A stretch of 37,420 nucleotides of DNA from an uncultured archaeon (GTDB lineage: Archaea; Altiarchaeota; Altiarchaeia; IMC4; SCGC-AAA252-I15). The notes beneath the pieces were generated by a model that ran no database searches, had not been told where the DNA came from, and saw nothing but the letters and a program-made list of their open reading frames with translations. The stretch is from positions 1-37,420 of the forward strand of contig CAZPLO010000013.1 of the NCBI GenBank assembly GCA_964587725.1, written 5' to 3'. Below are positions 14,861-25,027 of this stretch, one piece after another. Made by a program: the position numbers and the translations under genes. The stretch's first letter is position 1, and every line of letters begins with the position of its first letter.

Positions 14861-17818
14861 GTGGAATCCGAAACAGAAGACGGTGGCTACCGGCCCCTCC
14901 GCGACAAAGACCTGACGGTTTTGCTGGCGATGATGGTGTTTCTGGGACTGTACGCCGCCAGTTTAAGGAATTTCCTGTTCTTCCACGTGACCGCCGAGTT
15001 GTTCAGCATCGTCATAGCCGCGGGGGCGTTCATGTTCGTGTGGAACAGCCGCCGCTTCCTCGACAACAACTACCTCCTCCTGGTGGGCGTCGGCTTCCTG
15101 TTCATCGCAGGCATAGACTTGATACACACCCTCGCATACAGGGGAATGGATATTATCGGAGAAGGCAGCAACACGGCAACACAGCTGTGGCTTGCCGCAA
15201 GATACATGCAGGCGCTGACGTTTTTGGCCGCGCCGCTGCTGCTCAGCCGGAAACTCAACCCCTACCACATCGCCGCAGGCTACGCATTGGCGACCGCGTT
15301 CCTCCTCGCCTCCATCATGGTGTGGGACGTGTTCCCCACAGCCTACGTCGAGGGTGTGGGGTTGACCGCGTTCAAGGTGTACAGCGAATACTTTATAATA
15401 GTATTACTGGGTGCGGCGGCGTACCTCCTGCACAGAAGACGGAACCGTTTCAACCCCGGCGTACACCACCCCCTACTCTACAGCATCTATGCAACCATGC
15501 TGTCGGAGCTGGCGTTCACCTTCTACGTGGACGTGTACGGGTTCAGCAACTTCATAGGCCACGTGCTGAAGATAATAGCGTTCTACCTCGTCTACACAGC
15601 CGTTATCGAAACCGGATTGCTGAAGCCGTACAGCATACTCTTCAGAGAAATCAAGAACAGGGAGGAGGAGCTGGAGCGTAGCGAGGAACGATACCGGAGC
15701 GTGGTGCAGACGCAGACGGAGCTTATCGCTAGGGAGAAACCCGACGGCACCATAGTCTACGCGAACCCCGCATACTGCAGGTTCTTCGGTAAGTCTTTGG
15801 ATAAGTTAGAGGGGACGAGCACCTACGACCACATCCCCGAGAAGGACTGGGAGATTGTGAAGAACACATACGAGTCGCTTAAACGCGGGGAGGAGGTTGT
15901 TGTTGAGAACCGGGACGTCCGCGCCGACGGGGAAGTGCGGTGGCTGCAGTGGAAGGACGCCGGCGTATTCAACGAACAGGGGGAGCTTATTGAGGTGCAG
16001 GCTGTGGGGCGGGACATAACCGACCGCAGACGGGCGGAGGAAGCGGTTCAGAGGGAGCGCGACAAGCTGTTGAACTTCCTGGAGTCCATGGAGGACGGAG
16101 TCTACATAGTCGGCGCAGACCATCAGGTGGAGTACGTGAACCCCGTGATAAAGGAGGAGTTCGGCGTCGTGGAGGGGAGGAATTGTTTCGAATACTTCAG
16201 CGGCCTGGACGAGCCGTGTCCGTGGTGCAGCCTCGGCAGGGTGTTGAAGGGGGAGACGTGCAGGACCGTGTGGACGTCGCCGAGGAATGCGAGAACATAC
16301 GACATCATCGACACCCCCGTACACAACCCCGACGGCAGCGTCTCGAAGCTGAAGATTATGCGGGACATCACCGAACAGAGCATAATACAGGAGGAGCTCC
16401 GGAAGTCCGAGCAGAGATACAGGTTCCTCTACAACGAAAGCCCGTCCCTCAACGTGGTGTTGGACACCGACGGCGTCATAAGGAACGTGAACCAGACCGT
16501 GTTGGCGGAACTCGGATACGGACGCGGTGAAGTGGCGGGGAAGCACATGAGGGATTTCATCGCTGAAGAACAGCAGAAGGACGTGGACGCCGCAATCAGA
16601 AAACTCGTTTCAGGCGAATCCACCGGCGACATGGAGGTGGCCGTGAGGGCCAAAGACGGCGGCGAACACATCATACTGTTCTCTCCCGGAAAGGCCGGGG
16701 CATACGAGCACGGCAACTTCTCAGGCATACTGTTGACTGGCGTAGACATCACCGAGCAGAAAAGGGTGGAGGACGCCCTGCGGCAGTCCGAAGGCATGTA
16801 CCGGTCGCTCGTCGACGCCTCCCCCGACGCCGTATTGCTGGGAGACATCGACGGCAACCTGACCTATGCGTCGCCGAGGGCTCTGAAGATGTTCGGGTAC
16901 GGGGAGCTGGCAGGCAAAAACATATCCGAGCTGGTCGCCAAAGGAGGCAGAAACAGGATAAAGTCGGACATGGAGCGGATGAAGGCATCCCACGTGCTCC
17001 GCCGCATAGAATACACGATGGTGCGCGGAGACGACACCACCTTCGTCGGCGAACTCAGCTCCGCCGTGATAAAGGACGCGAACCGTCAGCCGAAATGGTT
17101 CATCACCATCGTCCGGGACGTGACCGAACGCCGCGAGCTGGAGGACCTGCGGAGCAGATTGCTGCGTGACTTAGCCCACCAGCTGAAGACGCCGTTGAGC
17201 GTGATAGAGATGGCCTCCGACGTGTTGAAAAAAGACATGGAGGACTACGACGAAGCCGAAACGGAGAGCCTGGACATGATATCGCGGAACACCGTGGAGA
17301 TGCGTGACCTGGTGTCGAAGATACTGAAGCTCAGCTCCCTGGAAAGCGGCAGGATAAAGGTGAACAGGGAGAAGTTCGATTTGGTGGAGGCCGTGAAAGA
17401 GGTGACGGTGGATATGAGGCTGCTGGCGGACGAGAAGAAACTCAAACTGAAGGTGAAGACGCCAACGCACTTGACCGCATACTCCGACCCCAAGAAGATA
17501 GAGGACGCCGTCGGGAACCTGGTGGAGAACGCGATAAAATACACGGACAACGGCACGGTCACGGTGACCGTTGAAAAAGACAACGGAGACGCCGTGGTCA
17601 CGGTTAAAGACACGGGCATCGGACTCACCAGACAGGATTTGAAGCAGGTGTTCACCCGCTTCTACAAGGCCGACGCCAGCGTACCCGGCACCGGCCTGGG
17701 GCTGAATATTGTGGCAGAGGACATGCGGCTGCTCGGCGGCTCGGTGGAGGCGGAATCCAGGGGCCCCGGAGAAGGAAGCGTTTTTAAGATAAGGTTCCCA
17801 ATAGCGAAGGCGAAATGA
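14861..17818 (+). CDS. MASE3 membrane sensor, four PAS domains, histidine kinase
   Basis: FFHVTAELFSIVIA MASE3-type TM region; four PAS/PAC (RDIT/RDVT ends); AHQLKTPL, NLVENAIKYT, DTGIG, GTGLGL. Confidence 0.92.
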   Translation: MESETEDGGYRPLRDKDLTVLLAMMVFLGLYAASLRNFLFFHVTAELFSIVIAAGAFMFVWNSRRFLDNNYLLLVGVGFLFIAGIDLIHTLAYRGMDIIGEGSNTATQLWLAARYMQALTFLAAPLLLSRKLNPYHIAAGYALATAFLLASIMVWDVFPTAYVEGVGLTAFKVYSEYFIIVLLGAAAYLLHRRRNRFNPGVHHPLLYSIYATMLSELAFTFYVDVYGFSNFIGHVLKIIAFYLVYTAVIETGLLKPYSILFREIKNREEELERSEERYRSVVQTQTELIAREKPDGTIVYANPAYCRFFGKSLDKLEGTSTYDHIPEKDWEIVKNTYESLKRGEEVVVENRDVRADGEVRWLQWKDAGVFNEQGELIEVQAVGRDITDRRRAEEAVQRERDKLLNFLESMEDGVYIVGADHQVEYVNPVIKEEFGVVEGRNCFEYFSGLDEPCPWCSLGRVLKGETCRTVWTSPRNARTYDIIDTPVHNPDGSVSKLKIMRDITEQSIIQEELRKSEQRYRFLYNESPSLNVVLDTDGVIRNVNQTVLAELGYGRGEVAGKHMRDFIAEEQQKDVDAAIRKLVSGESTGDMEVAVRAKDGGEHIILFSPGKAGAYEHGNFSGILLTGVDITEQKRVEDALRQSEGMYRSLVDASPDAVLLGDIDGNLTYASPRALKMFGYGELAGKNISELVAKGGRNRIKSDMERMKASHVLRRIEYTMVRGDDTTFVGELSSAVIKDANRQPKWFITIVRDVTERRELEDLRSRLLRDLAHQLKTPLSVIEMASDVLKKDMEDYDEAETESLDMISRNTVEMRDLVSKILKLSSLESGRIKVNREKFDLVEAVKEVTVDMRLLADEKKLKLKVKTPTHLTAYSDPKKIEDAVGNLVENAIKYTDNGTVTVTVEKDNGDAVVTVKDTGIGLTRQDLKQVFTRFYKADASVPGTGLGLNIVAEDMRLLGGSVEAESRGPGEGSVFKIRFPIAKAK

Positions 17819-18186
17819 AGAAGAACATACTTGTGGTGGAGGACAACAAAGACCTTCAGAGGCTGTATCACAGGATGCTGTCCGACAGATACAACCTCTA
17901 CCAGGTCAGGGACACCAAGGAGGCGTGGAGGATAATCAGCCAGAAACCCGTGGACCTGGCCATACTCGACATCATACTGCCGAAAGGCAACACCGGCGAC
18001 CAGTTCTACATGCAGCTGACCCAGGACCCCGAATACCAGCACATCCCCGTCATATTCGTGTCAGTCATAGACGACGTAGAGGAGGCGCGGGCGCTGGAGA
18101 ACGTCAACCACGCAGCATACATAACCAAGCCGTTCAAGGAGGAGCAGCTGCTCGATAAAATAGAGGAGATGCTCGGAGATGGTTGA
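17815..18186 (+). CDS. Single-domain response regulator (receiver)
   Basis: ILVVED, LAILDIILP, YITKPF; ATGA overlap with the kinase. Confidence 0.92.
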   Translation: MKKNILVVEDNKDLQRLYHRMLSDRYNLYQVRDTKEAWRIISQKPVDLAILDIILPKGNTGDQFYMQLTQDPEYQHIPVIFVSVIDDVEEARALENVNHAAYITKPFKEEQLLDKIEEMLGDG

Positions 18187-19444
18187 AGCGAACTGGGCGG
18201 TGGACTACACCGCACTCTACGGCTTCCTCATATCCTTGGGCGTGGGGGCGCTGGTGGGGATAGAGAGGGAACGCCGCCTGCAGAGGAAGGACGAGCGCCA
18301 GGTGGCGGGTGTTCGGACGTTCATATTGATTGCGTTATTGGGAACCACCGCAGCTTTAGTGGCTGAAGACAACCCGTACTTCTCCGCAGTGATTGTGGCA
18401 GGCGGAATACTGTTGATCGGCGCAGGATACTATCTGTCCAGCACCAGAACAAATGATATCGGGTTAACTACGGAGGTGGCTCAGCTGCTGGTTTTCGCCT
18501 TCGGATACCTCGCATACGATGAGGGCACCCGGAACGTGAGCGTGATGCTGGGCATAATAACCGCCGTACTGCTGGCCCTGAAGGAGCACCTGCACGAGTT
18601 CGCGAAAGACATACAGAAGTACGAGTTCATAGACACCTTGAAGTTCGCGGTCATCGCCTTCATCATACTGCCGCTGCTGCCGGACAGGACCATAGACCCG
18701 TGGGGCGTCGTCAACCCCCACCAGCTGTGGCTGCTGGTGGTGTTGATTTCAGGCATCAGCTACGTAGGATACATACTGGTTAAGGTGCTGGGCGTTGAAC
18801 GCGGACTCGGCCTCACCGGCTTCCTCGGAGGCCTCAGCTCCTCCACCGCCGTGACCACCGCCATGGCGTCCAAAACAAGCAGGAACTCTTCGGTGGTTAA
18901 GCCGGCCGCGTTCGCGGCCGTGATAGCTTCGACGGTAATGTTCCCGCGCATCGTGTTCGAGGTCGCGGTGGTCGACCGCGGACTGCTCGCGGAGGTGGCG
19001 GTTCCGGTGGCGGTGATGTTCCTCGCCGGACTCGCGGCCGCACTGCTCCTGTGGAGGAGCAAGAAAGACATCAAGGCCGACCTGGATTTGAAGACCCCGT
19101 TCGCGCTGAAGCCTGCGCTCAAGTTCGGGGCGTTCTTCCTGATAGTCCTGCTGCTGCAGCACTTCGGAAAAACATACTTCGGCAGCGGCGGACTCTACGC
19201 GGTCAGCCTGGTGTCTGGGCTGGCGGACGTCGACGCCATAACACTGTCCACGGCGAGGATGGCTTCCACCGGCGACATAAACTCGCAGACGGCGGTGAAC
19301 GCGATAGTGTTGGCTGCCATGGCCAACACGGTTATGAAGGCGGTGTACGCTTACGTGATCGGGAACCGGGGCTTCGGAAACCTCGTGGCAGCCGCTTCAG
19401 CGGCCATGATAGTGGCGGGCGCCGCCACCATACTCCTTCTATGA
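18179..19444 (+). CDS. MgtC/SapB family membrane protein with DUF4010
   Basis: LVGIERE, AGVRTF, GLTTE, GGLSSSTAVT, GLADVDAI. Confidence 0.88.
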   Translation: MVEANWAVDYTALYGFLISLGVGALVGIERERRLQRKDERQVAGVRTFILIALLGTTAALVAEDNPYFSAVIVAGGILLIGAGYYLSSTRTNDIGLTTEVAQLLVFAFGYLAYDEGTRNVSVMLGIITAVLLALKEHLHEFAKDIQKYEFIDTLKFAVIAFIILPLLPDRTIDPWGVVNPHQLWLLVVLISGISYVGYILVKVLGVERGLGLTGFLGGLSSSTAVTTAMASKTSRNSSVVKPAAFAAVIASTVMFPRIVFEVAVVDRGLLAEVAVPVAVMFLAGLAAALLLWRSKKDIKADLDLKTPFALKPALKFGAFFLIVLLLQHFGKTYFGSGGLYAVSLVSGLADVDAITLSTARMASTGDINSQTAVNAIVLAAMANTVMKAVYAYVIGNRGFGNLVAAASAAMIVAGAATILLL

Positions 19445-19446
19445 GA

Positions 19447-20058
19447 CTACTTCAGTATCTTCCCCGTCTCCAGATACCACAGGTACAGATCCAGTTCCGC
19501 TAATGTTATGCCGAGTTCCCCAGCCATCTCCCTTAACTTCTCCTCAATCATCAGATACTTCTTCCTCGTCAGCGTCTTCGGCTTAGCTATGATTTTATGC
19601 TCCACCAGTGCGTCTATGATGTGGAAGTCGATTATTGCGACGTCCTTGAAACCTATGTTCCTCAAAAAGTGGCTGGCCTCCTTCAATCCCAGACCCTTCA
19701 CGTTCTCCACCAGCCAGTCACGCAGCTCCCGTTCGTCATTGAACTTCAGCTTCTCCAGCGGATGCTCCCGCGCACACACGATGTATTTGGCGCGGACGTT
19801 CGGAAACCGGTACCCGAGCTCCTTCAGCCTGGAGGCGAGCTCCGGTTCGGACAGTTCCGCGAACCCGTCGCCGACCTCGTTCTGGATGGCTATTGCGCGT
19901 TCCGCGTTATAGTTCGCCGTAAGTATGCAGAAGCAGAGTTCATTGAACAGCGAGCACCGGGGCCGGCCCATCATCCCCCCGAACTCCCGTATCCTCGCCC
20001 TCACCCGTCCGCCGACCTCCCCACCCATAAGGGCGCGGACTCTATCCTGCAGGTTCAT
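19447..20058 (-). CDS. ogg: 8-oxoguanine DNA glycosylase/AP lyase (Ogg2)
   Basis: ELCFCILTAN, GYRFPNVRA, KGLGLKEASHFLRN, IIDFH, C-terminal GKILK. Confidence 0.93.
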   Translation of the reverse strand: MNLQDRVRALMGGEVGGRVRARIREFGGMMGRPRCSLFNELCFCILTANYNAERAIAIQNEVGDGFAELSEPELASRLKELGYRFPNVRAKYIVCAREHPLEKLKFNDERELRDWLVENVKGLGLKEASHFLRNIGFKDVAIIDFHIIDALVEHKIIAKPKTLTRKKYLMIEEKLREMAGELGITLAELDLYLWYLETGKILK

Positions 20059-20065
20059 GACAGAT

Positions 20066-20884
20066 TCAGCTGCTTCTCTCGCGGGGGTATCCTGCCCTGC
20101 GCCATGCCACGTACCCGTCGACCAGACGGTAGACGCTTTCGAAGTCGTTTTCGCTCATGAAGTCGCCTGCCATGATGCTTTCGCTGTTGCCGCCGCAGTA
20201 GAGGAGGTAGGTTCTGTCGCGCGGAAGCTCCAGGTATTCGTTGGTGTCCCTCGACGGGATGTTCACGGCGCCGGGTATGTGGCCCGCATCATAATAGGGG
20301 CTGGCCCGCACATCAACCACCATGACATCATCGATCCCGTTGATTATGGCGTTGGCTTCGTCGGCGTTCACTTCAGTGTACGGCTGCGAAGGCTGCAGTG
20401 GCGGGACCTCAGCCCGCACGTGCTCCAGAGTGTATTCGTCCAGCGCCCCGGAGTCGTTGAACATCATACCTCTGATGAGGTCTCCGACGCTCTGACGGAA
20501 CATCAGGTGCGTCTGCTCCTTGCTGTATCCTGCGAGGACGATGACCTTCTGACCTTCAGCCCATTGGTCAGGCACTACGGCAATCAGCTTCGAATCCGGC
20601 TCGGACAGCAGATGCCGTTTCTCGCCGTCATTCAATATTCCGTCCACCACCTCGCCGGTGTAGGGGGCGCGGTGGCCGCCCAAGATGATAATCACGGAAT
20701 CATTCCAGCGGTCCCGGAAGTCTTCGGGCGCAACAACCTCCACGTCCGCGCCCGCAGCCTCCAACACGTCAATGTTGCCCCGGTTCAAACCCAGGTCTAC
20801 GGAGTTCGCAAACAACGTCACCTGCTGCGCCCCAACAGTGTGGGACAGCAGCAGAACCGTTAAAACAACCCACAGCTTCCTCAT
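20066..20884 (-). CDS. Secreted protein: S-layer-like N-terminal domain plus rhodanese domain
   Basis: Signal peptide; IIILGG...VIVLAG..EQT; VDVRA...GHIPGA...LYCGG...DGYVAW. Confidence 0.75.
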   Translation of the reverse strand: MRKLWVVLTVLLLSHTVGAQQVTLFANSVDLGLNRGNIDVLEAAGADVEVVAPEDFRDRWNDSVIIILGGHRAPYTGEVVDGILNDGEKRHLLSEPDSKLIAVVPDQWAEGQKVIVLAGYSKEQTHLMFRQSVGDLIRGMMFNDSGALDEYTLEHVRAEVPPLQPSQPYTEVNADEANAIINGIDDVMVVDVRASPYYDAGHIPGAVNIPSRDTNEYLELPRDRTYLLYCGGNSESIMAGDFMSENDFESVYRLVDGYVAWRRAGYPRERSS

Positions 20885-20994
20885 GGTTGATATGTGGTAA
20901 TGGAGTTATTTAAGAACCAGCTATACACAAGGAAACCATGCAGCCGCCGCGCCAACGACCTTATTAACCTGGGATACGGTGTCTTAAACAGGAT

Positions 20995-22455
20995 ATGGCG
21001 AGGAAGATTGTCGCAGACCCCCGGCGGCTCAGGGACAGGATGCTGGAGCCGGAGAAACTGCGGCTGGGGGACGACTTCCAGCTGCTGGAGGAACGCGGTC
21101 AAGCCCCCCTGAAACGGGGCGCGGACCTGGAGATAGTCGATTTACGAGTCAGCTCAGACGAGCTGGAGAAGGCGGCTGAGACGCCGCCCGAGGAGGCTGT
21201 GAAAATCGGGAAGGCCCTCATATCCGACGGGGAGAGAAACGACGTCGCCCTTGTTTACACTGCACGCATCAAAGGCCGCGACGAAATACTCCGGGAAGTA
21301 CACGACTCCATGGACAGAATGCACCACAGCCCCGACATCGTGGGCATGGTGTCCGCCGGCACAGACGCACTTAAGACGCTGGGCTTCAGCAACCCGAGAA
21401 TATACCTGCCCAACGAAGACGGAGAAATAACGAGGGTGGGCGTATCCGGGGAAGCTGGCAGAAGAACATTGGTGTGGGGGGACATGAGCAAGCAGGAGGT
21501 TGCGCTGACTCTGGCCACCACGAAACAGGAGCTGGGAACAACAGTCTTCAACAACAGGGGGGAGGACCTGAGCAGACAGTTCATAACTGAAGGGGATATT
21601 TCGTCCCTGTTCGGGGAGGTGAAGCCGTTCGCCATAGTGCCGGTGAAATCCGACTCCAAGACGGAGGGACTCATAATCGTGGACTCCCGCGACGAGATAA
21701 CCGGGTGGCAGACGGAACGCCTAAACGAGGTCGCGAAAGACCTGGCGTTCAACCGCAACCGCGTCATGCTATCCACAGCCAGCAACATCAAAGGCCTGGA
21801 ACGGAAGGAGCAGTTCGCCGAATACGGTATAGAACTAGCCAGAAACGCGGTGGAAAAAAGTCTCCCGTTGTCCATGGCGTGGGCGGACGTCGACGGACTC
21901 CACGACCTCAACGAAACATTCGAAAGCAACGACGTCGGCAGCGCGTTCATGGACGCGGTCGGAACCCTGGTGAGGAGGACGCTGCGGCAGCTGAAAACCG
22001 GCGGCAGGATACGTGCGTTCAGCTGGAGCGGCACCGACGAAATACCCGTGATAGCCAACCTAGGCAAGGAGGAGATGGTCGAAGCCATGCGGGAGCTTAG
22101 GAAGACGGTGGCGGGGAAGAGGGAGACGGGCCCGCAGACGCGGGAGGAAAAGGAGCTCAACGACCTTCTCGCCCAGAGGATAAATGACCTGAACCTCGAG
22201 TTGAATCCTGAGGACGCGTTCAAGCAGTGGTGGAGGACCGTCACCATAGGCGTCGCATCGTACCCGGACGACACACCCCTGATGAAGGGGCTGGTGGAGG
22301 AGAAAGGCGCTGAAAACGTGACCCGGGACGACTTGATAGGCCTCCGGTCCAAGGTGCGGGAGAGGGCGAACGAAACATGCTTCGAAATGAAGAAATCAGG
22401 CGCCAGAAACACTGTGGGGGCGTTCGGCGAAGTAAGGATACAGAACAGCAAATAA
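20995..22455 (+). CDS. GAF-like plus divergent GGDEF-like domain protein
   Basis: FAIVPV...GLIIVD (GAF); PLSMAWADVDGLHDLNETF, SGTDEI, TVTIGVASYP (GGDEF fold). Confidence 0.7.
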   Translation: MARKIVADPRRLRDRMLEPEKLRLGDDFQLLEERGQAPLKRGADLEIVDLRVSSDELEKAAETPPEEAVKIGKALISDGERNDVALVYTARIKGRDEILREVHDSMDRMHHSPDIVGMVSAGTDALKTLGFSNPRIYLPNEDGEITRVGVSGEAGRRTLVWGDMSKQEVALTLATTKQELGTTVFNNRGEDLSRQFITEGDISSLFGEVKPFAIVPVKSDSKTEGLIIVDSRDEITGWQTERLNEVAKDLAFNRNRVMLSTASNIKGLERKEQFAEYGIELARNAVEKSLPLSMAWADVDGLHDLNETFESNDVGSAFMDAVGTLVRRTLRQLKTGGRIRAFSWSGTDEIPVIANLGKEEMVEAMRELRKTVAGKRETGPQTREEKELNDLLAQRINDLNLELNPEDAFKQWWRTVTIGVASYPDDTPLMKGLVEEKGAENVTRDDLIGLRSKVRERANETCFEMKKSGARNTVGAFGEVRIQNSK

Positions 22456-22502
22456 CGGGGAAACGCCGTAAGTTAATAAGTTCTCCTTCGAATAACCCAC
22501 AT

Positions 22503-23570
22503 ATGGAAGGGGTTGGCTCCAGCACGGTCAGACAGCACGTCAAACAGCTCCGGCCCAGCGCATACCGCTCCTTCGTGCTGGGGGCGGACGTCGGAGGCAC
22601 AAACACCAACATCGGCGTGTCCGGCGTCACCAAGAAAGGCCCCCGCCTCCTGCTTTCACTGCACTTCCAGAGCGGGAAACTGCGTTCCCTCGCGCCCGCG
22701 ATACGTGAGACACTCGAATACTCCAATGAGGAACACTGCATCAAAGTCAAGAAAGCCTGCATCGCGGCAGCCGGCCCCGTCGACGCGGAACGGAACAGGG
22801 TCAGCCTCACCAACGTGAAATGGAACGTGGAGGCGGCCGAGATAAAGGAGAAGACGGGCCTGAAGTCGGTGAAGCTGATAAACGACTTCGAAGCCATCGG
22901 ATACGGAATCAACTTCCTCGAATCAGAAGACGTTGCCGCTGTCAAATCGGGGACGCCGCAGGAGAAGGCGGCCAAGGCGGTGGTAGGCGCGGGCACGGGG
23001 CTGGGGAAGACCGCTCTCACATACGATGAACCGCTGAAGGCCTACGTTCCCGCCGCCAGCGAAGGCGGCCACTCCGACTTCCCTGTGCAGGACGACTTCG
23101 AGCTGGCGCTCGCAGACCACATCAGAAAGAGGAAAAAAATAAAGAGGGTAACCTACGAGGAGGTGGTCGGTGCACGGGGCATAGAATCCATCTACCTCTA
23201 CCTTCGGAGCCTGGATAGACGGAGGGAGACGGGGTACACGAAACTCGTCGACGCGTCCGCGGACCGGGTGCCGCTGATATCACGCTACAGGACCAGGGAC
23301 GAGACCTGCGGGGAGGCGTTCCGCCTGTACGGAAGATACTACGGGCGCTGTGCGAAAAACTACGTATTGGAGACTCTCGCCACCGGCGGCTTATACATAG
23401 CAGGCGGCGTCGCCCCCAAAAACAAGGGCATATTCCGTTCGAAGGAGTTCCTGGAGGAGTTCACCGCCTCCGACACCAGGGCTAAGTTATTAAGGAAAAT
23501 TCCCATCTACGTTGTAACAAACTACGACGTCAGCCTCCGAGGGGCAGGCTACGCCGCAGCGTTAGATTAG
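22503..23570 (+). CDS. glk: ATP-dependent glucokinase (bacterial Glk type)
   Basis: ADVGGTN, AAAGPV, INDFEA, GAGTGLG, SEGGH, GGLYIAGG. Confidence 0.9.
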   Translation: MEGVGSSTVRQHVKQLRPSAYRSFVLGADVGGTNTNIGVSGVTKKGPRLLLSLHFQSGKLRSLAPAIRETLEYSNEEHCIKVKKACIAAAGPVDAERNRVSLTNVKWNVEAAEIKEKTGLKSVKLINDFEAIGYGINFLESEDVAAVKSGTPQEKAAKAVVGAGTGLGKTALTYDEPLKAYVPAASEGGHSDFPVQDDFELALADHIRKRKKIKRVTYEEVVGARGIESIYLYLRSLDRRRETGYTKLVDASADRVPLISRYRTRDETCGEAFRLYGRYYGRCAKNYVLETLATGGLYIAGGVAPKNKGIFRSKEFLEEFTASDTRAKLLRKIPIYVVTNYDVSLRGAGYAAALD

Positions 23571-23579
23571 GGGTAGACG

Positions 23580-24398
23580 ATGAAGATTTTCATAGACAGC
23601 GCGGACCTGGAGGAGATACGGCACGCGTACGGGTGGGGCGTCGCAGACGGCGTCACCACCAACCCGTCGCTGCTAAAAAAAGCGGTGGAGAAACGCGTTA
23701 AGGCCGGGGAGAAACTGGATTTGAAGACGTACATAACCGAGATACTCGAGGTTGCTGGGGGGACGCCCGTCAGCCTCGAAGTCACGGAGACAGCAGCCGA
23801 CGGGATGATAAAACAGGGGAAGCGCCTGCACAAAATGTTCAACCCCGTCGCCGACAACGTATACATCAAAATACCTGTGAACCCCGCATTCAAGGAAGAG
23901 GATGAAACGCACTTCGACGGGCTGAAAGCCATCCGCGAACTCTCATCCAGCGGGATACCAGTGAACTGCACCCTAGTCTTCACGCCAGAGCAGGCATTGC
24001 TTGCCGCAAAAGCGGGGGCGGCGTTCGTCAGCCCGTTCGCAGGCCGCATAGACGACTTCATCCGGAAAAACAACGGCGTCACCTTCGACAAAACAGACTA
24101 CTATCAGGCCTTCGGCATGGAAAAAGACGGCGAACTCCTGGAGGACAACGGCGTAGTCTCAGGCATAGACCTGGTGGAACAGTGCGTGATAATACTGAAA
24201 CAGTACGGCATGGAGACTGAAGTATTGGCTGCTTCATTGAGAAACACCCGGCAGGTCCGCGAGGCCGCCCTGGTGGGGGCGGACATAGCCACCATACCGT
24301 ACTCTGTAATCAGGGACATGCTGAAACATTATAAAACCTACGAGGGCATGGAGAAGTTCACCGCCGACATAGTCCCAGAGTACGCGGAGCTGAAATGA
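23580..24398 (+). CDS. tal: Transaldolase (TalC/FSA family)
   Basis: IFIDSA, GVTTNPSL, IKIP, NCTLVF, SPFAGR, AASLR. Confidence 0.9.
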   Translation: MKIFIDSADLEEIRHAYGWGVADGVTTNPSLLKKAVEKRVKAGEKLDLKTYITEILEVAGGTPVSLEVTETAADGMIKQGKRLHKMFNPVADNVYIKIPVNPAFKEEDETHFDGLKAIRELSSSGIPVNCTLVFTPEQALLAAKAGAAFVSPFAGRIDDFIRKNNGVTFDKTDYYQAFGMEKDGELLEDNGVVSGIDLVEQCVIILKQYGMETEVLAASLRNTRQVREAALVGADIATIPYSVIRDMLKHYKTYEGMEKFTADIVPEYAELK

Positions 24399-25027
24399 GG
24401 GAGCCCACCGTAATACCAGCGATAATAGCGTCCACGCAGCAGGAGTTCAGCGAACGCGTCAACAAGGTGGCGGAGCACGCGGACATACTGCAGCTGGATT
24501 TCATGGACGGCGTGTTCGTCGACAACAGAAGCCTCGACTTCGACTTCAAAACCCCGGACGTCGACTGCAGCCTGGAAGCCCATCTGATGGTCGACGACCC
24601 CCTCGAATGGGTTAGCGAATACGCGGACCGAGTGGACCTCGTGCTAGCGCCCATAGAAACCACGGACGACCCCGTGGAGCTGATGGACGCGGTGAGGGAC
24701 TCAGGAGCACTCGCAGGGTTCGTGCTGAACCCCAGCACCGGACTGGACACGGTGTCCGACTTCCTCGGCGACGTAGACCAGATACTGCTGATGACCGTCC
24801 ACCCCGGCGCATACGGCGCGAAGTTCCTGCCGGAGGTGCTGCCGAAAATCACGGAGTTGCGGGAGATGATGTCCGACCTCGACGTCGAAGTCGACGGCGG
24901 CATAAAGCCGGACACCATACGGCAGACATATGATGCTGGCGCGAACATGTTCGTGTCCGGCAGCTACATCGTGAAGTCGGAGGACCCGGCAGAAGCAATC
25001 CGGCAGCTTCATTCAAATCTGGAGTAA
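24395..25027 (+). CDS. rpe: Ribulose-phosphate 3-epimerase
   Basis: DFMDGVFV, AHLMV, MTVHPG, VDGGI, FVSGS. Confidence 0.9.
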   Translation: MREPTVIPAIIASTQQEFSERVNKVAEHADILQLDFMDGVFVDNRSLDFDFKTPDVDCSLEAHLMVDDPLEWVSEYADRVDLVLAPIETTDDPVELMDAVRDSGALAGFVLNPSTGLDTVSDFLGDVDQILLMTVHPGAYGAKFLPEVLPKITELREMMSDLDVEVDGGIKPDTIRQTYDAGANMFVSGSYIVKSEDPAEAIRQLHSNLE

